DNA of 64,000 nucleotides, from the NCBI RefSeq assembly GCF_018350175.1, contig NC_058382.1, positions 57,848,001 through 57,912,000 on the forward strand. Direction: 5' to 3'. Source of the DNA: Felis catus. Taxonomy: Eukaryota. The position numbers and the translations under genes are program-made. How positions within the stretch are numbered: position 1 is the first letter of the stretch; every line of letters begins with the position of its first letter. Shown here piece by piece: positions 57,961-64,000 of this stretch. Below the pieces are notes generated by a model. That model was not told the DNA's origin, did not search any database, and saw nothing but the letters and a program-made list of their open reading frames with translations.

Positions 57961-60639
57961 CTCTTCTAGGATGAAGAGAAGCTACAGGAACCGGGTCGGG
58001 GTTCGGCCGCTGGGGACGGGCGTCTGTGTTGCAGACAGTGGCCACAGGAGGGCAGCAGAGACCCCCTAATGGGCACTTCCCGGGTGGCGCGGGCAGAGTG
58101 GCCCGGGGACCTGGAAACACAGGGCAGGAAGCACACGCAAGAAAGCACGGCCTGAGCCCAGATGCCAGAAAGCAGCGGGTGGGAGACGAAGGGCGACGTT
58201 TGAATTCACGTCTTAGAGGCTTTTAGGAACCTTGAAAAATGGAAACCACCTTGTCGTAGGGCCACCTAGAGACATCTTGCGGCCAGAGGGAGAACAGCTA
58301 GGAGACAGGGAGGGACGCAGACCTCCTGACCCTTTGCCCCCAATCCAGTGTGGGCCCGCAGAGAGCAAGGACGTTCTCCTAGGAGACCTCATGGGACTGT
58401 CACACCCAGGAAATTAGCACGGACGCAGTGCTGGCATCCAAATCCCTGTCCGGAAATTCACGCGTCCCCCGTTGCCGCATGTGGGTCCCTGCCGACTCAG
58501 GAGGGGCTGCGATCCCTGCCCGATTCTTCGTCTCCTTAGAGTGGGAAGTGCCCTCCGCCTTTTTTTTCCTTCCAGGATCCTGACTTTTCTATTTTGCAAC
58601 TTGTTATTTTGAAATAACTTCAGTCGTACAGAAATAACGCAAGAACTCTTTCACCCAGACTCCCCGATTGCGAACGTTTTTCTGAGTTTGTCTTACCGCC
58701 CTCTCTCCCTCTTCCCGTGTAGTTTATTTTCTGAACCGCCGGACAGCGAGTTGCGGACCCGACGCCCCCTCGGACCCAGACCCTTCGTGTGTGTTTCCTA
58801 AGAGCACGGCCGGCCTCTTACGCGGCCACAGAACAGATGGCAAAATCAGGAAATGATCGCCGCTTACGCAGTGTTATATTCTATTATCTCATCTCCAGAC
58901 TTTGTTCAGAATTCACGCTTGTCCCGGTAAAGTCGTTCTCGTGAAGAAGCAGACAGCATTTTCTCCTGCTCCAGGATCCGATCCAGGCTCACCTGCTGTC
59001 TTTAGCTGGCTCGATTCTGACGTTGTTGTGGACTCTGGGCCAGTCGTTTTAGGGAACGGGCCTCCGTTGGGGTCATTGATGTCTCCTGGAACATCAGGTT
59101 TCACCCTCGGGAGGAGCTCTCCCCGGTGGCCCTGGGTCTGGGCGAAGTTGATCCTCTGTCCAGGATTAGGTGTTCCTGAGTGTCCCCTCCGCCCTGGCTC
59201 CGGGCTGCTGGAAGGGACACGTCCCTACGTGTGCACACAGGTCCTTGCCTCATGGAGCTTTCTGTCCGGGGGCCCGAGTCCGGGCTCCTAGCTGGGACTC
59301 AGGACAGGCCAGGACGCCCCCACGGAGTCTCAGTTTCTTCATCCGTGAAGTGGGGACGGTAACTTCCCTCATAAGGTCACCTTGGGGAGATGTCGGGAAG
59401 GGACCCTCTGTGTCTGGCCTTAGTAACCCAGGGAGGGATGGGGGCATAAGGTCCAGATGGGCAGAGGGCCTGCCCCTACATGTGTCCCCACATGTAGCCT
59501 GACCTTCCTGGGCTCAGGGAGCTCTTCCCTCCCGGGATCCAGCCTCAGACGTCTTCCAGCAGCCGCCTCGCCCTGTGCTGACATTTCGCAGACTGGGCAA
59601 AGCCGGGAGGCCAGCGCACGAACTCAGGGAGGGGGTTCACCTGCAGACCCCACAACCGGCAGTGGTTTCGCGGTCCCGCCGGGCCCCGGCGTTCCTTCCG
59701 ATTCCGAGTCCGGCTTGGGGGGTGTGTGCGGGGGTCCCGGGGGTCGTGCCGAGAGGCCCCAGTGGCACCGGGGGTGGGTACAGCCGCCAGCCGGGTCCTG
59801 GTGGGGGAAAGCGGCAGGGTGGTCCAGACCCCCGGGAGATGGCTCCATCCAAACTCGCCTGCGCTGGGGGGCATCGGGCCAGCCCCGGCCGGGTGTGGCC
59901 GGCAGGGGGGACAGCAGAGTTTGTGCCCGGTTGCTGGGCCTCAGACTGGCAAAGAGTAGCAGACGATAAATCAGAGTGGCCCAGCTCTAGGTGACGGGCG
60001 GCCCCTGAAAGGTGTGGGGGTGGGAGTCTCACCCTGCCCGCCCTTCACCCCCCACCCCCCCCCCCCCCCCCCCCAACCTCCCGACTCTGCCTCCTGCTCT
60101 GACTTCTGACCTTCAGGACGTGAGATAATAAATGTGTGCTGTTTCAGCCACGACATTTGTGGTCATTTGCTCCACCAGCCACAGGAAACTCCCTTTAAAT
60201 TCCAAGTCTAGCCGTTTATCCCCTCTCTGGGGCTGGCCACGGAGGACGAAAAGACTCTTCCGGGCACCTGTCCAGGGGGCGCTGACCGTGGCGCCCCCAC
60301 CGCCCTCAGCGGCTTCCTCGTGCTCCCCACTCCCGGACAGGGGCCCTGCGCCCCAGACCGGACCCCCGGCACTTTGCTCCGGCTCTTTGCTGCTGGTCTC
60401 CCCTTTGCCTGAGCCCTGATTCCAGCCCACAGACCCTCAGGGAGGAGGACCGTGGAGCCAGACTGTCCCAGTTCTCATCCGTCTCTGCTGGGTGCCTTGG
60501 GGAGGCACGTCCCCTCTCGGAGGCCCAGTGTCCTCACCCGTATAGTGAGGGTGGGCTGTGTCCGTTCTCCTGGCTTCCAAGGGCATCTTGTGAAACACCC
60601 ATGAAGCTCTTTGCCGCATTTCCTGATGATGTCACTTGC

Positions 60640-63232
60640 TTTTTTTTTTTTTTTTTAATTTTTTAACGTTTATTTATTTTGGGGAGAGAGAGAGAGAGAA
60701 ACAACGTGAGCAGGGAAGGGCAGAGAGTGGGGGGAGACACAGACTCTGAAGCAGGCTCCAGGCGCTGAGCCGTCAGCCCAGAGCCTGACACGGGCCTCGG
60801 ACCCACGGACTGCGAGATCGTGACCGGAGCTGACGTCCGACACTCAACCGACTGAGCCACCCGGGTGCCCCTGCTCTTTCTTGTTCATCTTTAGGGCCAT
60901 GTTCAAATGTCTCCTCCCCCCGGGCTTTGCATCTTCCGTGCCGGGATACATGCTTTAATCACCTGTAAGGACAACGCAGTTGCTAACATTTATTGGGCTC
61001 TTACTCTGTGCCAGGTACTGGGCTAAGTGCTGTACACACAGTGATACATGTCACAATTACTTTTGTGCATAATAATTATCTGTTCCGTCTCCATGCCTGC
61101 CCAGCCTCTCCCACATGGTAGGTCCCCTACAGCCCCTCTGCAACTGGCTGTAACTTCACCCCCCGGCCAAAAACATGATGCGTCATTTAGAAATAGTACT
61201 GGCTGTAGGTAAAAGGAAACTCCGAATAACCATGGCTTTGAGAATATGGACGTTGATTTCTCACCTTTATGATGTCGTGATGTCAGAGCCCAGGTTTCTC
61301 CCTTCTCTTTCCTCTATTGGCTTCTGCTCCTAGAGTTGTCTCCCGGTCCAAAATAGCTGCTGGAACTCCAGCCATCACATCCACCTTCTATCTGCTCAGA
61401 AGAAGGGGGCGGGGCGAGGCAAAGAAGACCAGGCCCCTTCCTTGACTTAAGTTGTGCACATCACTTTGTGCTCACATCCCATCGGCCAGAACCCAGTCAC
61501 ATAGCCACACGCCTAGCTGCCAAGGAGGCTAGGGAATGTAGCCTGGGCTGCAGGGCCTGACTTTTGGCAGGCCTCACAGCTACCAACTCCCCGGGGACTC
61601 AGTTTGTACCCACACCCACAAGAGCCCCGGCCTCAGGGAGCTCGATGTGGACTCCCTCGGTCTTTCCCAACAGGGGCCCAACGTCAGGGATCTGGGGAGC
61701 TTGGCCCACACCCTGTGCTCGCTGGAACTCAGAGTTCGTGTGCTGACCCAGCACCAGTGACAGGCCTGATGTCCTTTCTCCAGGCCAGCGGGCTCCCTGG
61801 GCTCGACATCATGTTTGTGGCATGCCTCACTGCCCGTCTGCAGTCTTGACCAAACAACTAGGAAAGGACTCTCGGATTTCTTCAAATGAGCAGAAGAAAG
61901 CAAAGAAAACCCAAAATATGTTTCCTTTGGAAAACCCGGGGATGATTTCAAAACCCGATGATGCACAAGTCGGGAAGGGGCTGGGGTAGCTGCTCTCCGG
62001 GTCCACCTGACAGAAAAGTCCAGGAGGGCTGCGGGAAGGGCCCCCGGGGGGAGGCCCTTGTCCTGGGGGAACCGTGCTGTGTGACCTGCGTCGGGTCACC
62101 GTCCGTCTCTGAATCTCGTGTTCTGATCTGTATGAGGGCGGGACCGAGTGTCCTCCCGCCTGTGCCACCCTGGAGACCGAGCGCCCTGTACTCTGACTTG
62201 CGTATCGCTTTCTGACGAGCAGCCGGCTGGGCGCTGTCTCTGGACCCCCCGCTCCGGGGAGCCCAGCCCCAGCTCCCCTCTTTGCTCCTGCTGAGCTCCT
62301 GGCCGCACAAACACTTCTGTACGATGGGAAAGCCTTGATCCCTTCTAGGCCAAGGGAAGACAATTTAGGAGCAATTGCTACAGGAAAGGGTGGTGGGGAG
62401 CGTAAAACCCTGGGGACGCGTCTTACTTACATTTTTCACAAAGCATTTCCCCCTGATTATAGAAAATCCAGAGGGGGCGCCTGGGTGGCTCAGTCGTTGA
62501 AGCTCCCTCTCTGCTCAGGTCTTGACCTCAGGGTCGTGAGTTCAAGTCCCAAGTTGGGCTCCGCGCTAGGCGTGGAGCCTGCTTAAAAAAAGAAAGAAAA
62601 GAAGAGAAAATCCAGAAACATAAGTAGAGAGAAAAGCCCATAACCTGCCATCCAGGGAGTGACATTTAGATACGTTTCTTTACTACGTCTTTTGTAAATG
62701 CTTTTTTTTTTAACGTTTATTTATTTTTGAGAGAGAGACCGAGCACGAGCAAGGGAGGGGCAGAGAGAGAGGGAGACACAGAATCGGAAGCGGGCTCCAG
62801 GCCCCGAGCCGTCAGCACAGAGCCCGACACGGGGCTCGAACCCACGAACCGTGAGATCGTGACCGGAGCCGAAGTCGGAGGCTTAACTGCCTGAGCCACC
62901 CAGGCGTCCCTGGTAAATAATTTTTATAATTTCCTAAACTCTGCAGATCACAGGCATTCCCGTGTTGTTTCTTATAAACTCTGCCTTGGTGTGATTTTTG
63001 TTATTTGCCACCTTTGTATTAAGAAGGATTTCAAGGGGCGCGTGGGTGGCTCAGTCAGTGGAGCGTCTGACTCTCAACTTTTTTGACTCAGGTCATGATC
63101 TCCCGGCCTGTGGGGTCAAGCCCCGCGTCAGGCTCTGCCCTGTCGCTGTGGATCCCGCTTGGGGTCCTCTCTCCCTCTCTCTCTGCCCCTCCCCTGCTCT
63201 CTCTTTCTCAAAATAAATGAGAAAAAAAAAAA
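60640..63232. mobile_element. Can-SINEs (60640-60870 minus, 62472-62610 plus, 62702-62910 minus, 63035-63232 plus)
   Basis: Consensus motifs. Confidence 0.85.
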
Positions 63233-64000
63233 GATTTCAAATATATAGAACGGTGGGAAACCATAGGACGTGGCGATCTGCGTATCTACCGTCGAGGTTG
63301 GCCTCGGCCGGCCGCTTTTTAATGACTGTGCGATATTCCGCGACAGGACACGTACCTGGACGTGGTGGGTTACTGAACAAATATCGACGAAGCACCTGCC
63401 CTGTGCCCGGGGGCCACGTCCGGGAACAAGCAGCCTTGGCATTTGCCAAGGGCCTAACGCAGAGCACGTCAGGATGCATCGAAGGGGCGGCCAGGGGGAG
63501 AAGTAAAATTTCTAACCGTGCAAACGCCTCGCCAGCAGCCTTCCTGGGGGTTCAGCGCACCTCGCGGGGGAAGGTCTCCCTGAGGACTTTTGGCCCATCG
63601 GTTCGGGACCCTTTCGCTTAGTAGGACGGAATCCCCAGGGCATCCCCGCCCCCGTCCCCCGCCGGTGGGAAACCAGCACCGAGCAGTCCCACACTTTCTA
63701 CGGCCACATCGACTATTCCGCGCCGACCCTCAGCCCCCCTTTTGGGGACCCCCCCACAGCCAGAGCAGCCCCTCTGCTTCCCAGTCGTGGGCCCGCGGAC
63801 CGGTTCTGACCTGCTGCAGGCCTCAGTGTTCTCGTCTGTCAAATGGGACGAGTACGTCAGCCTCCTCCCTCGCGGGAGGAATAAGCCATACCGCGGCACG
63901 CTGACAGGTTCTGGCGCAGAGTCAGGGCTCCAGGGCGATTTTATTCCTGGTCCTGGAGCCAGTGGGGGAGCGGGGGGGACTGGCCGGGCCCGGGGTAGGA

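Overview
Mammalian genomic DNA, almost certainly felid: it carries about 30 carnivore tRNA-derived SINEs of the feline SINEC_Fc type and is GC- and CpG-rich. Two convergent protein-coding genes can be fully reconstructed from splice signals. KIAA0513 (+ strand) has 12 coding exons at 16981-34732 (1236 nt, 411 aa) and a ~5.3 kb 3'UTR ending near AATAAA 40067. CIBAR2/FAM92B (- strand) has 9 coding exons at 54471-44792 (858 nt, 285 aa, BAR-domain ciliary protein). Bases 1-16.8 kb are KIAA0513 upstream/intron-1 sequence, and 54.5-64 kb is repeat-rich sequence upstream of CIBAR2. Most notable: (1) a U12-type minor-spliceosome intron in CIBAR2 abutting a 6-nt microexon that the ORF track cannot show; (2) an intronic 75-bp minisatellite that is a co-oriented array of CTCF-like motifs; (3) an orphan promoter-like CpG island between the two 3' ends; (4) a 30-nt KIAA0513 microexon with neural-type splicing signals; (5) a MIR-derived poly(A) signal and paired RFX X-boxes for CIBAR2. 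Gene and repeat names come from recalled sequence similarity, not from searches; repeat boundaries are approximate.
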